A program made the position numbers and the translations under genes. From positions 1,614 through 65,613 of the forward strand of contig JACRQF010000024.1 of NCBI GenBank assembly GCA_016222825.1: 64,000 nucleotides of DNA, in the 5' to 3' direction. The notes under the pieces were generated by a model. That model saw nothing but the letters and a program-made list of their open reading frames with translations, was not told the origin of the DNA and made no database searches. This stretch comes from Verrucomicrobiota bacterium (GTDB lineage Bacteria > Verrucomicrobiota > Verrucomicrobiia > CAIQCK01). Numbering within the stretch: position 1 is the stretch's first letter; each line of letters begins with the position of its first letter. Shown in pieces: positions 29,050 through 39,107 of this stretch.

Positions 29050-30363
29050 ATGACACAATCTTCCAACGAAACCAGCCGATACAGCCAGTGGATGGCGTTC
29101 ATCGCGGCGTTCCTGGGATGGATGTTCGACGGCGTGGAGATGGGACTGTTCCCGCTGGTGGCGACGCCGGCCATCGAGGCGATGCTCGGCCCGCAAAACC
29201 TCGCCTACAAGATGCCGTGGATCACCGGCATCACGGCGGCGTTCCTCATCGGCGCGGCGGCGGGCGGCATCCTGTTCGGCTGGCTGGGCGACCGCATCGG
29301 GCGGGTGAAGGCGATGTCGTTGAGCGTGCTGACCTATTCGATCTTCTCCGGCCTGTGCGGTTTCTCGCAAACGCCGTGGGATCTCGGCCTGCTGCGGTTC
29401 ATGGCGGCGCTGGGCATGGGCGGCGAATGGGCGTTGGGCGTGGCGCTCATCATGGAGGTCTGGCCGGCGGCGTCGCGGCCGACGCTGGCGGGATTCATTG
29501 GCGTGGCGTCGAACACCGGCTTCGTGCTCACGGGCTTGATGGGTTTGGGCCTGGCGCAGGTCATCGGCGACCTGGGCGCGATCTTGAAGGCGATCCGCGT
29601 GCCGGAGGACATCGCGAAGTCGCTGCTCGACCACAGCGGCTGGCGGCTGCTGATGTTCCTCGGCGCGACGCCGGCGCTGCTGACGTTGTTCATCCAGTTC
29701 TTCGTGCCGGAGTCCAAACGCTGGCAGCACAGCGCCGCCACGGCGACGCGGAAGAACCGGATCAGCGACATCTTCGAGCCGGGCATCGCGCGCATGACGA
29801 TCATGGGCACGATCCTCGGGGCGCTCGTGCTGCTGGGAACGTGGGGTTCGGTGCAGATGATTCCCAACTGGGCCGCCAAGCTCACCAAGGAGCCGACTGC
29901 GCGCGCGTTGTGCGTGATCTGGTGCGGAGCGGGCGCGATCGTCGCGACGCTGATGGCGGCGTGGCTGGCACAACTGACCTCGCGACGCATCTCTTACTTT
30001 GTGTTCTCGACGCTGTCGCTGGTGTCCTGCCAATACCTGTTCCGCGCCGACATCGAATACGGCAACTACTTTCTCTTCTGGGTGACGATTGTCGGCGGCA
30101 CGACGGCGAGCTTCTACGGCTGGCTGCCGCTCTATTTGCCGGAGTTGTTCCCCACGCGCTGCCGCGCCACGGGTCAAGGGTTCGCCTATAACATCGCGCG
30201 CATCGTCGCCGCCATCGGCACGATCATCACCGGCTTTGTCCTGAACATCGAGACCGCCGCTGGCTGGGCCAACCTCTGCGCCATGGTGAGCCTGGTGTAT
30301 ATCGTCGGCATGGTCTTCATCTGGTTCTGTCCGGAGACCAAGGGCAAGCCGCTGCCAGAGTAA
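29050..30363 (+). CDS. MFS transporter (NanT/MucK-like)
   Basis: GWLGDRIGR motif A, GMGGEW, ELFPTRCRATGQG, about 12 hydrophobic segments. Confidence 0.9.
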   Translation: MTQSSNETSRYSQWMAFIAAFLGWMFDGVEMGLFPLVATPAIEAMLGPQNLAYKMPWITGITAAFLIGAAAGGILFGWLGDRIGRVKAMSLSVLTYSIFSGLCGFSQTPWDLGLLRFMAALGMGGEWALGVALIMEVWPAASRPTLAGFIGVASNTGFVLTGLMGLGLAQVIGDLGAILKAIRVPEDIAKSLLDHSGWRLLMFLGATPALLTLFIQFFVPESKRWQHSAATATRKNRISDIFEPGIARMTIMGTILGALVLLGTWGSVQMIPNWAAKLTKEPTARALCVIWCGAGAIVATLMAAWLAQLTSRRISYFVFSTLSLVSCQYLFRADIEYGNYFLFWVTIVGGTTASFYGWLPLYLPELFPTRCRATGQGFAYNIARIVAAIGTIITGFVLNIETAAGWANLCAMVSLVYIVGMVFIWFCPETKGKPLPE

Positions 30364-30383
30364 ATCGCTTCCTTAAAAAGCGA

Positions 30384-30415
30384 CAGCGGCACTGGCGTGA
30401 CCGCCAATGCCGCTG
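30384..30415. terminator. Hairpin between convergent MFS and ahpC genes
   Basis: 14-bp stem with one mismatch (CAGCGGCACTGGCG / CGCCAATGCCGCTG) and a 4-nt loop. A-run on the left gives a U-tract for the minus strand. Confidence 0.65.
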
Positions 30416-30454
30416 CGCAAACAACTTCTATTTCGATGCGATGCTTCCGCCGGT

Positions 30455-31066
30455 TTACCTGCCGTGCAGTGCCTCGTAAACCTTGCCGACCATCGCCGCG
30501 GAGGGCTTGAGCGTCTTGGCGCCGTTCTTCCACTTCGCCGGGCAGGCTTCGTCGGCATGCTTCTGGAGGTAGGCGTTCGCCTCCATCTTGCGCGCCAACT
30601 CTTCCATGTTGCGGCCGCAGTTGTAGAAGTTCACCTCCGCCGAGACGAGCTTGCCTTCGGGGCTGATGATGAACGTGCCGCGCAGCGCCAGGCCGGAGCC
30701 GCAGTCATACACGCCGAACAGCTTCGAGACCTTGCCCGTCGGGTCGGCGGCCATGAGGTATTTGACGTTCTCCAGCAGCTTCTCGGAGTTCCGCCAGGCC
30801 AGATGTGAAAACTTCGTGTCGGTCGAAACCGCGATGACCTCCGCGCCGAGCTTCTTCAAGTCCTCGTGCTCCTCGGCCAGGTCGGCCAGTTCCGTCGGGC
30901 AGACGAACGTGAAGTCCGCCGGATAGAACACCAGGATCGTCCACTTCTTCGCCTTCTTCAGTTCCGCCAGCGACACCTTGCCGAAGCCGGCCTCGGCAGG
31001 ATCGTAGGTTTCCATCTCGAACTCGGGCACGTCGCAGCCCACTCTCACAATGACTTCCTCGGACAT
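30455..31066 (-). CDS. ahpC: Typical 2-Cys peroxiredoxin
   Basis: FYPADFTFVCPTE peroxidatic Cys, LRGTFII, ACPAKW resolving Cys. AGGAG RBS before ATG 31066. Confidence 0.95.
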   Translation of the reverse strand: MSEEVIVRVGCDVPEFEMETYDPAEAGFGKVSLAELKKAKKWTILVFYPADFTFVCPTELADLAEEHEDLKKLGAEVIAVSTDTKFSHLAWRNSEKLLENVKYLMAADPTGKVSKLFGVYDCGSGLALRGTFIISPEGKLVSAEVNFYNCGRNMEELARKMEANAYLQKHADEACPAKWKNGAKTLKPSAAMVGKVYEALHGR

Positions 31067-31260
31067 GGTTTTAATCTCCTTTGGGTTTTTGGTTATGGTT
31101 CCATCCTGGAACCCAGCTTCCTTGTCAAACTGCGCCCGTAACAAAACACAGTCCGGCGGAATGTCAACCTGCCCGGCCGCAGTCTGACGGTGGCCAGTTT
31201 GCCGCAAACTCCGTGGAAATCGGCTCGCCCTTCGCGCCGGAGTCTGCTAACTAATCCGGC

Positions 31261-34143
31261 ATGAGAAGGAACCGCTGCATTCTCCAGATGGCGTGCTTTT
31301 TCAGCCTCTTGTTTCTCACCGCCGCGCGAGGCGACGCGCCGGCCATCCAAACCGGCGCGGCGGTCATCAGCCCCCGGCAAATCGAAGCCGACTGGTTGCA
31401 TCCGGAATCTCTTCGCCAGTGCGCAGGTGAGGTCGGTCCACCCACCTGCGGGAAGGTGACGCCAGAGCAGGATGCCGTCGGCGGCTGCGACGGCGTGAAG
31501 GACGGCAAGTGGGGCTTCCACACCGCGGTTGAACAGGACCCGTGGTGGCAGGTGGACCTCGGCAAAGCGACGGCGCTGGAGCGCATTGTGCTCTACAACC
31601 GCTGCGACAGTTGCGGCTCGCGCAACTCGCGGATCATCGTGTCGCTCTCCGACGACGGGAAGAACTTCCGGCAGGCATGGCAGAACGACGGCAAGCTCTT
31701 CTTCGGTTTCACGGACAAGAAGCCGCTTGTGACGCCGCTGAACGGCGCGCCGGCGCGCTACGTCCGCCTGCACCTGCGCGCCAAGAGCTACTTCCACCTC
31801 GACGAGGTGGAAATCTACGCCGCAGGCGACGGGCGGAACGTCGCGCTCGGCAGGCCGGCGACGCAGAGCAGCGTCAGCACCTGGTCGGTGGCGCACTCGA
31901 AGACGCCGGCCGGGCCGCGCGTGTTCCCGACGGCAAAGGTCATCGAGCGCGGGCTGCAACTCGCGGAAGATCTGCGCGCGCGCGGTGTGGCGGTGGACGA
32001 CGACGTGTCGGCGCTGCGGCAGATCGGCGGGCAATTGAAACGGCTCCCGGCCGACGCTGCCGAGGACGCGCGGCAGCGGCTTTACCTCGATGCGCGCTGG
32101 GCCGTGCGGAAGCTGGCGCTGCGCAACCCGCTGCTCGACTTCGACTCGATCCTGTTCGTGAAGTCCGCGCCAACGCAGTTTCCGCACATGTCGGATCAGT
32201 TCTACGGCTGGTGGTCGCGGCCGGGCGGCGGCGTGTTTGTGCTGGAAGGCTTCAAAGGGTCGAAGCCGAAGCTGCGCTGCCTCACCGCCGACATGCCGGC
32301 CGGAAGTTTCCTGCGGCCCGATCTCTCCAGCGACGGCCGAAAGGTTCTCTTCGCCTACTGCCGCTACTACCCGCACGTGCCGGAACTGAAGGACAAAGTC
32401 ACCAAGCCGAACCTGCCGGAGGACGCGTTCTATCACATCTACGAGATGAACCTCGACGGCAGCGGGCGGCGGCAGTTGACGCGCGGGCGCTACGACGACT
32501 TCGACGCGCGCTACCTGCCCGGCGGCGACATCGTCTTTCTCTCGACGCGCAAAGGCGTCTTCCTCCAGTGCAGCCAGGCCAACACCGCTGCCACGACGCG
32601 CGAGGACCTCGCCGACAGCTACGTGCGCTGCGGCGGCGGCGACTTCCGGCCGGTGCCGGTCTTCACGCTGCACGCGATGAACGCGCGTGGCGGGAACCTG
32701 CGGCCGATCTCGGCGTTCGAGAACTTTGAATACACGCCGGCGGTCGCCAACGACGGCCGTGTCCTCTACACGCGGTGGGATTACATTGACCGCTTCAACG
32801 GCCCGTTCTTCAGCCTCTGGTCCACCAACCCTGACGGCACCAATCCGCAGCTCGTCTATGGCAACTACACCGTTCGCCCGCAGGTGATTTGCGACGCGCG
32901 GCCGGTTCCGCGCTCGCACAAGCTCGTCTTCACCGCGTCCGCGCATCACAGCATCGTCGGCGGCTCGTTGGTGCTGTTCGATCGCAACCTCGGCACCGAG
33001 GAAGCCGCGCCGCTCGTGCGGCTGACGCCGGAGGTGCCGTTCCCGGAAACCGAGGCGAACGTCGGCGCTTACTACGCGAACCCGTGGGCGCTCTCGGAGC
33101 AGCATTTCCTCACCGGCTGGAGCAACCGCAAGCTGCCGCCGCATTGCCGCGTGGACAACTCCGACCAGAATCCCGTCAACGCGATGGGTCTCTATCTCTA
33201 CGACGCGTTCGGCAACCTGACACTCCTCCATCGCGACCCGGCGATCTCCAGCAGCAATCCGATCCCCGTCCGCCGCCAGCCACAGCCGCCCGCCATCGCC
33301 GCCACCGCCAAGGCCGACGACGCCAACGAAGGCAGCTTCCTGCTCCAAGACATCTACCAGGGACTGCCCGGCGTGCCGCGCGGCTCTGTGAAATGGCTGC
33401 GCGTCATCGGCGTGCCGCCGAAAGTGCAACCGCACATGAACCAGCCCAACCTCGGTGTGTCGCGCGAAGACCCCGGCAAGTTCCTGCTCGGCGCAGCGCC
33501 GGTGGAGACGGACGGCTCGGCGTATTTCCGCGTGCCGAGCGGCGTCTCGATTTTCTTCCAGGCGCTCGACGCCGACGGCTTGGCGCTGCAAACGATGCGC
33601 AGCCTCACCTACGTCACACCCAAACAGACGCTCGCCTGCGTCGGCTGCCACGAATCGCGCGAGAGCGCGCCGGTTGCCGCCCGCTCGCTTCCGCTCGCCG
33701 CGCGACGCCAACCGTCGCGGCTCACGCCCGGCCCGGCCGGCTCATGGCCGTTGCGTTACGACCAACTCGTGCAGCCGGTGTTGGACAAGCTCTGCGTCTC
33801 CTGCCACCACCCCGGCAGTAGCGACGTGGCTGCGGCAAAGCTCGACCTCACCGCGCCGAAGTCCTACGCCAACCTGCACGAGTTCGGCGGGAAAGACCTC
33901 CATAAGCTGGCGTTTGAGAAAGACCGCTCCGTCGTCGGCGACATGCCCGCGCGCAAGAGCAAGCTGCTGGCGTTGTTCAAGGGCAGCGAAGGCCACCACA
34001 ACACGCGCCTCGACGCCGACAGCTTCAATCGTCTCGCGACGTGGATGGATCTCTACGCGCAGCGCCAGGGCCACTTCAGCGACCAGCAGGAGGAACAACT
34101 CCGCCAGTTGCGCGAGAAGCTCGCCGCCGTGCTGGCACCGTGA
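31261..34143 (+). CDS. Exported discoidin (F5/8C) + PD40/TolB-like propeller + hydrazine synthase alpha-like middle domain protein with two CxxCH motifs
   Basis: PWWQVDLG/YNRCD/LDEVEIY discoidin motifs, PDLSSDGRKVLF and YTRWDY propeller blades, PVETDGSAYFRVP..FFQALD..MRS, CVGCH (33637) and CVSCH (33793). Confidence 0.8.
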   Translation: MRRNRCILQMACFFSLLFLTAARGDAPAIQTGAAVISPRQIEADWLHPESLRQCAGEVGPPTCGKVTPEQDAVGGCDGVKDGKWGFHTAVEQDPWWQVDLGKATALERIVLYNRCDSCGSRNSRIIVSLSDDGKNFRQAWQNDGKLFFGFTDKKPLVTPLNGAPARYVRLHLRAKSYFHLDEVEIYAAGDGRNVALGRPATQSSVSTWSVAHSKTPAGPRVFPTAKVIERGLQLAEDLRARGVAVDDDVSALRQIGGQLKRLPADAAEDARQRLYLDARWAVRKLALRNPLLDFDSILFVKSAPTQFPHMSDQFYGWWSRPGGGVFVLEGFKGSKPKLRCLTADMPAGSFLRPDLSSDGRKVLFAYCRYYPHVPELKDKVTKPNLPEDAFYHIYEMNLDGSGRRQLTRGRYDDFDARYLPGGDIVFLSTRKGVFLQCSQANTAATTREDLADSYVRCGGGDFRPVPVFTLHAMNARGGNLRPISAFENFEYTPAVANDGRVLYTRWDYIDRFNGPFFSLWSTNPDGTNPQLVYGNYTVRPQVICDARPVPRSHKLVFTASAHHSIVGGSLVLFDRNLGTEEAAPLVRLTPEVPFPETEANVGAYYANPWALSEQHFLTGWSNRKLPPHCRVDNSDQNPVNAMGLYLYDAFGNLTLLHRDPAISSSNPIPVRRQPQPPAIAATAKADDANEGSFLLQDIYQGLPGVPRGSVKWLRVIGVPPKVQPHMNQPNLGVSREDPGKFLLGAAPVETDGSAYFRVPSGVSIFFQALDADGLALQTMRSLTYVTPKQTLACVGCHESRESAPVAARSLPLAARRQPSRLTPGPAGSWPLRYDQLVQPVLDKLCVSCHHPGSSDVAAAKLDLTAPKSYANLHEFGGKDLHKLAFEKDRSVVGDMPARKSKLLALFKGSEGHHNTRLDADSFNRLATWMDLYAQRQGHFSDQQEEQLRQLREKLAAVLAP

Positions 34144-34166
34144 GTAGCGCTGGCATCTTTGCCGGC
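34144..34166. repeat. Single GTAG-type REP-like hairpin between convergent genes
   Basis: GTAGC followed by GCTGGCA-TCTT-TGCCGGC. Core resembles the GCATCTTGCC unit at 61694. Confidence 0.4.
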
Positions 34167-34185
34167 CCCGCTTCGTTGTTTAGGT

Positions 34186-35568
34186 TCAAAGCGCCCACGA
34201 AGCGCGTTGGGCGCGCGAGCGGAGGCGGTTGGCCTGATCGTCGCAGGCGAACTCCTCCTTCGCGGGATCCCACTTCAGCGAGCGGCCCAGCCGGTAAGCA
34301 ATGATGGCGAGATGACCCAGCGAGGCCGAGCGATGGCCGATCTCCTCGTGCGAACTCGGCAGCGTGCGCGTGCGGATGCAGTTGAACCAATTTGAGTGGT
34401 GGTTGTTGCTCAGGTCCTCTTCGCGCGACTGGAGTTTCATCTCGGCGAAAAGGCTCTCCGGCTCGCCTTCGAGCGGCCCGCCCGTGCTCATCGAGGTGAG
34501 CCAGCCGCGCTCGCCGACGAAGAGGCCGCCGAAGTTGCCCGCAAGCCGCGCCGTCGCGGGAACGGCCTTGTAAACGTCCTTCACGATGCCCCAGTGGTCC
34601 ACGTGGTGCAGCAACGTCCCGTTCGCGTAGCGGAACGTCAGCGTCGGAAACTGGCCGCTGCTCGGATGGATGATCTCCACCGGCCCGCTCGTCTCCATGC
34701 CGAGCGCATACTGGATCACGTCCGCGGCGTGCGATTGGTAACCGGTGGCCGCGACGACGCCAAACGCCTCCGAGAACACCCACGGCACCACGCCGGGTAT
34801 CGGGTTGCGATGGTAGCGGTGGTTGTAAGGCCGCCACGTCGCTGGGCCGACCCACAGGTCCCAGTCGAGCCCCTCTGGCACCGGCTCCGCGGCCAGCGCG
34901 GGATCGAGCGACACATACGATGGGCCAAGCTCCGGGATGTGATACTGGCCCCAGATGGTGAAGACCGATTTCACCCGGCCGAGGCCGCCTGCGCGGACGA
35001 ACTCGCACACCTGGCGGATGCGCGGGATGGAGCGGTATTGCGTTCCGGTCTGGAACACTCGCCCATGCCGCTGCACCGCCTGCACGAGCTGCCGGCCTTC
35101 CTGGATCGTCACCGACACCGGTTTCTCGCAATACACGTCCTTGCCCGCCTCGGCTGCGTGAATCGAAATCGGCGTGTGCCAATGGTCCGGCGTCGCGATC
35201 ACCACCGCGTCAATGTCCGGCCTCGCCAGCACCTCACGGTAGTCGTTGCAGGCCGCGCAGCCGCGATAGACGCCGCTGGCGCGCTCGGCCGCGTAGGTTT
35301 CCTCGACGAGACGCCTGCCCTCTTCGCGGCGCTCGCGGTCTGGATCACAAACCGCCAGCACCTGCGCTTCCCGCCGGCCCACGAGCAGGTGCAGATGGCC
35401 CCGGCCCATGCAGCCGCGGCCGATCAAAGCGACTGTGATTCGTTTGCTCGGCGCGGTCGCGCCGCGTGCTGACGTGGGAATGATCCAAGGTGCCGCAACA
35501 ACTCCCGACGCCACCGCCGCGCGTTTAAGAAACTCGCTCCGGGTAATCCGCTGAGTGCGTTTGCTCAC
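34186..35568 (-). CDS. Tat-exported Gfo/Idh/MocA oxidoreductase
   Basis: GTG start, ITRSEFLKR (variant Tat), IGRGCMG, TPDHWH, YCEKP. Confidence 0.9.
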   Translation of the reverse strand: MSKRTQRITRSEFLKRAAVASGVVAAPWIIPTSARGATAPSKRITVALIGRGCMGRGHLHLLVGRREAQVLAVCDPDRERREEGRRLVEETYAAERASGVYRGCAACNDYREVLARPDIDAVVIATPDHWHTPISIHAAEAGKDVYCEKPVSVTIQEGRQLVQAVQRHGRVFQTGTQYRSIPRIRQVCEFVRAGGLGRVKSVFTIWGQYHIPELGPSYVSLDPALAAEPVPEGLDWDLWVGPATWRPYNHRYHRNPIPGVVPWVFSEAFGVVAATGYQSHAADVIQYALGMETSGPVEIIHPSSGQFPTLTFRYANGTLLHHVDHWGIVKDVYKAVPATARLAGNFGGLFVGERGWLTSMSTGGPLEGEPESLFAEMKLQSREEDLSNNHHSNWFNCIRTRTLPSSHEEIGHRSASLGHLAIIAYRLGRSLKWDPAKEEFACDDQANRLRSRAQRASWAL

Positions 35569-35696
35569 AATGACTGGTGATAATCTCCGCCCCCGGCGTG
35601 AATTTCAACCAGTTCGGCGGGCGCGGAGCGGAAATTTTTCAGCTTGGCGCGCCGTCGATGGCTGCTACGCTGCCGTTCTCGAACAGGAGAGCTATT

Positions 35697-36860
35697 ATGA
35701 ATCACGCCTTCTCCACAACGCGCACACTCTGGTTCCTTGCGGCACTCACGCTGATCTGTGGATTCAGCTTCGCCCAACAACCGGCGCGCCCGCCGGCTGC
35801 TTACGATGTCCGCGACTTCGGCGCGGTCGGCGATGGAAAGACGGACGACACGAAAGCCATCCATGCCGCCATCGCCGCCGCGCTCTGCCCCACGGGCGTC
35901 CACAAGCGCGTCATCGCCTTCAAGGGAAACAAGGACTATCCCGGCATGGCGCCAATCACCGTCTTCATTCCGCGCGGCACGTATCTCGTCAGCCAGCCCA
36001 TCCATATCCAGATGGGTTCCTATTCGTGGAACTCCGCGCTCGTCATCCAGGGCGAATACGCCCGCCTCCGCGCGAGCCAGCCGATGAAGAGCGTCATGCA
36101 CGTCAACATCGCCGCGCACGTGCTCATCTCCGGCCTCACGCTCGACGCCAATAAACAGGCGCAGCACGGGTTCACCGCGTTCAAGATCAGCGGCCGGCCC
36201 AACGCCATTCAGCGCGTCAACGCCGAGAACGCGCTCTCGCACGGCTTCGTCCTGGAGAAATGCCAGGGCGGCAACTTCCGCGATTGCTCCGCCACCCGCA
36301 ACGACGGCGACGGCTGGCAGATCGTGGACTGCAACGCCGGCGCCTACGACGACTGCGTGGCGATGCACAACAAAGGCAACGGCTTCACCATCGCCTCCAA
36401 GGACTTCTCCGCCGGTTGCTGCGTCTCCTCCTTCTGGTCGGAAGCCAACGGTGGTCACGGCGTCTTTATCTCGCCCAAGGTCGCCTCGACCGTCGTGCTC
36501 CGCGACGCATGGATCGAAGGCAACAAGCTCGACGGCGTCAACATCGGCAGCACCGGCGCGCACCTGACCGCGCTCAACATCCTCGGCAACTTCCGCGAAG
36601 GCGACCCCGGCCAGACGGGCCGCTCCGCCTGCGCTTCGATCCGGCTCACTTCCACGGCGGCGGGTTGCTACGTCTCCGGCTGTCTTGTCCGCGGTGGTGG
36701 CGCCAAAGGCGGCAACATCCGTTGTGAAGGCGATCCCACGAAGCATCACGTCGCCGGCAACTTCCGCGGTTGGGCTGCGCGCAACATGGATCCGGTCACA
36801 GTTGACGTCGTGAAACCGGAACCAACCCGTCCCGCCGCGCCTCCACCAACGCGCGAGTAG
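35697..36860 (+). CDS. Exported right-handed beta-helix protein (pectate lyase 3-like N-terminus)
   Basis: YDVRDFGAVGDGKTDDTKAI, FIPRGTYLVS, repeated N..DG/HG..I stacks. AGGAG RBS. Confidence 0.75.
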   Translation: MNHAFSTTRTLWFLAALTLICGFSFAQQPARPPAAYDVRDFGAVGDGKTDDTKAIHAAIAAALCPTGVHKRVIAFKGNKDYPGMAPITVFIPRGTYLVSQPIHIQMGSYSWNSALVIQGEYARLRASQPMKSVMHVNIAAHVLISGLTLDANKQAQHGFTAFKISGRPNAIQRVNAENALSHGFVLEKCQGGNFRDCSATRNDGDGWQIVDCNAGAYDDCVAMHNKGNGFTIASKDFSAGCCVSSFWSEANGGHGVFISPKVASTVVLRDAWIEGNKLDGVNIGSTGAHLTALNILGNFREGDPGQTGRSACASIRLTSTAAGCYVSGCLVRGGGAKGGNIRCEGDPTKHHVAGNFRGWAARNMDPVTVDVVKPEPTRPAAPPPTRE

Positions 36861-36880
36861 CGCGCAAGCGGCGACGGCGA

Positions 36881-38587
36881 CTACTTGATCTTCAAGCTCA
36901 CGCCGTTGAAGAACTCCACGCACCGCGCGATCTCCGGCAGCGAGTCGAGCCAGTTGTAGGAGTATTCGAGGCCGAACATCGTCGGACGGATGCCGAGCCG
37001 GTGCATCTCGCGGAGGAACTCTTCCGTTTTGCCGACGCCCGTGCCCCACGGCACATCGTGGCCTTGCGGAGTAAGTTCGTTCAGGTCGTGCATCTGAACC
37101 GTCAGCAGCCGGTCCTTCAACGTCCGCAACGCCTTCAGCGGATCAATGCCGGCGCGCATCCAGTAGCCGAGGTCGGCGCAAGCGCCGAGGCGCTTGCTGC
37201 GGCCCGCGCACGCCTTGAGCACGCCCTCCGGCTCCCAGTATTGCGGCGAGCCTTTCCGGTCGTGGTTGTGGATGGCGACGTTGATGTCGTAGGCGTCGGC
37301 AAACTTCTCGATCGTGTCGAGCGCCTCCGGGGCCGGCTCCGACATGAACGTCTCGATGCCCATCTTCCGCCCGAACTCGAACACGCGCCGGCAGCCCGCC
37401 TCGTCGCCGGGGATGTTGTGAATGTAATACGTCAGCAGCCGCACGCCCGCCGTGTCCAGTTTCAGCCGGATTTGCCGCAGTTCGTCGTCACTGAGTTGCA
37501 GGTCGAAGTTCTTCGGAATCTCCTTGCTAACCTTCTGGAAGCTCAGCCCACCCATGAACGGCAGGCCGAGTTGCGCGGTCTTCTCAATGGCCTCGAACAT
37601 CGTGAACTTGTGGAACGTGTAAGCCTCGATGCCGAGCCGCCAACCGAGTCTCTCCTGCGCGCGAATCGCCGGCGTCAGCTTCGCGCTCGGTATCGTCGGG
37701 CACGGCAGGTCGCCCAGCACGAACTGCGCCGCCGCCAGATAGAACCGCAACATCGTTGGGTCCCAGAAGACGTAGGGGTTGTGCGCGATGGTGCAGTAAA
37801 ACGTCCGCCCGCGGCCGTAGTTCCGCGCCCAGGCGAGCGCGTAGTCGTTGTCGCTGCGCTCCATTTTGGTGCGCTTGCCGCCCTCGCTGAGATCGGTCTT
37901 CGCCGTGTCTATGCTGAAGAGCACGCGCAGGCGATCCCGCGAATACGGCTCGTGGACGCGAAAAAACTCCGACCGGAAATCGAAGCCCTTGCCGCCGAAC
38001 GGCGCGTTCAGGGGATGCTCCGGGTCGTCGAGCTTGATGAACACGTGCTCGGTGTTGGCGCGATGGTTCGCGCCGCGTCCGCCGATCATGACGCCGAACT
38101 CCGGCCAGTCCTCGACCGCGCCGGGCCAACGTGTGAACGCCACCGACGTGCCGTGGACGCCCATCATCCCGCCTCCGGCATACACAAACTCCACCAGGCT
38201 CTGCCGCAGCGCCGCGTCCTCGAAAAGATTGCCGACGTTGTTGTTGAAGAAGACCGCGTTGAACTGCCGCAAGCTCTCCGGCTTGAACACCGCCGGGTCG
38301 CGGCTGACCACCGTCTCAAACGCGCCCGTCTTCCGCCCCATCAACTCAAACGCGAGGTTCGCCGTGCGGCTGGAGGGATGCCCGCCGTAGCCGACGTTGT
38401 GGTCGAAGATGAGGAGCTTGCGCGGCTTGCGCGGCGTCGCGAACGCCTTCGCCGGGATCGCCGCCTCCACCTTCTGCCGCTCCGAGAGTTCCGCCTCCGC
38501 GCCAAAGAGCGATGGCATCGCGAGCGTTCCCGCCGCTGCCGCTGTATTGCCGAGAAACTCGCGCCGCGTGATGGGATGAGTGTGCAT
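36881..38587 (-). CDS. Tat-exported ThuA-like domain + xylose isomerase-like TIM barrel fusion
   Basis: TRREFL, GGGMMGVHG, EFFR, YGRGRTFYCTIAH (ThuA-like). IHNH, CADLGYW, QMHD, FGLEY (TIM barrel). Confidence 0.82.
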   Translation of the reverse strand: MHTHPITRREFLGNTAAAAGTLAMPSLFGAEAELSERQKVEAAIPAKAFATPRKPRKLLIFDHNVGYGGHPSSRTANLAFELMGRKTGAFETVVSRDPAVFKPESLRQFNAVFFNNNVGNLFEDAALRQSLVEFVYAGGGMMGVHGTSVAFTRWPGAVEDWPEFGVMIGGRGANHRANTEHVFIKLDDPEHPLNAPFGGKGFDFRSEFFRVHEPYSRDRLRVLFSIDTAKTDLSEGGKRTKMERSDNDYALAWARNYGRGRTFYCTIAHNPYVFWDPTMLRFYLAAAQFVLGDLPCPTIPSAKLTPAIRAQERLGWRLGIEAYTFHKFTMFEAIEKTAQLGLPFMGGLSFQKVSKEIPKNFDLQLSDDELRQIRLKLDTAGVRLLTYYIHNIPGDEAGCRRVFEFGRKMGIETFMSEPAPEALDTIEKFADAYDINVAIHNHDRKGSPQYWEPEGVLKACAGRSKRLGACADLGYWMRAGIDPLKALRTLKDRLLTVQMHDLNELTPQGHDVPWGTGVGKTEEFLREMHRLGIRPTMFGLEYSYNWLDSLPEIARCVEFFNGVSLKIK

Positions 38588-38699
38588 GTTCACAAGATGG
38601 ACCGTTGTTCTCTGCCTGCGCCCGCATCGTAACGCCAAGCCACCGGACGACAAGCGCGGAATAGACAGAAATTCCGGCGATGTTCTTGCCGTGGATGCA

Positions 38700-39107
38700 T
38701 TACGGCATGAGACAGGGGATGACTTGGCGGCTGTGACGGCGATAGACGCGGAAATCGGCGTCGGTGGTGATTACGAGGGGGTCGGCCAGCGTCTCGGTCA
38801 TGCGCACCAGGCAAGCGTCCGCCAGACTCATGGGCACGTTGGCGTATTTGTCCATGAGGTCGAGGACGGGTTGCAGTTCATCGCCGAGATCGAATCCTGG
38901 CGTCACGACGCCCCGCTGCAACAAGGCCGCCAGTTTTGGCTGACCCGGTTTGCCAAGGAGATGGAACGACTCCGACAACACCGCTTCGCAAGTAACCCAC
39001 GGATGGCCGAGTTGCGGCGCCTGCGCGACCGCCCATTGGCAGTGGGCGTCGTCGCGGCTGAGCAGTGCGACGATGAATCCGCTATCAACGAGGACGGTTC
39101 TTGCCAT
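38700..39107 (-). CDS. vapC: PIN-domain toxin (VapC-like)
   Basis: VLVDSG, VLSE, MSLADACLV, TTDADF PIN acidic residues. 135 aa. Confidence 0.87.
   Translation of the reverse strand: MARTVLVDSGFIVALLSRDDAHCQWAVAQAPQLGHPWVTCEAVLSESFHLLGKPGQPKLAALLQRGVVTPGFDLGDELQPVLDLMDKYANVPMSLADACLVRMTETLADPLVITTDADFRVYRRHSRQVIPCLMP

Noticed and set aside
25914-30191. 1425-aa plus-strand ORF
   Set aside because: It is antisense or out of frame to three well-supported genes and has no motifs. This is a typical high-GC shadow ORF.
31097-31113. GGTTCC-N5-GGAACC palindrome upstream of ahpC as an operator
   Set aside because: It has only a 6-bp arm, and no regulator gene or recognisable consensus supports it.
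30455-31207. 250-aa extended AhpC, or a selenocysteine peroxiredoxin
   Set aside because: A strong AGGAG precedes ATG 31066, and both catalytic residues are ordinary Cys codons with no in-frame TGA.
31093-33711. 872-aa minus-strand ORF (likewise 42059-44230 and other long antisense ORFs)
   Set aside because: These mirror genes with clear family motifs on the opposite strand.
31261-34143. Calling this hzsA / evidence for anammox
   Set aside because: It has an extra discoidin domain, no hzsB/hzsC neighbours, and a heterotrophic sugar-catabolic context.
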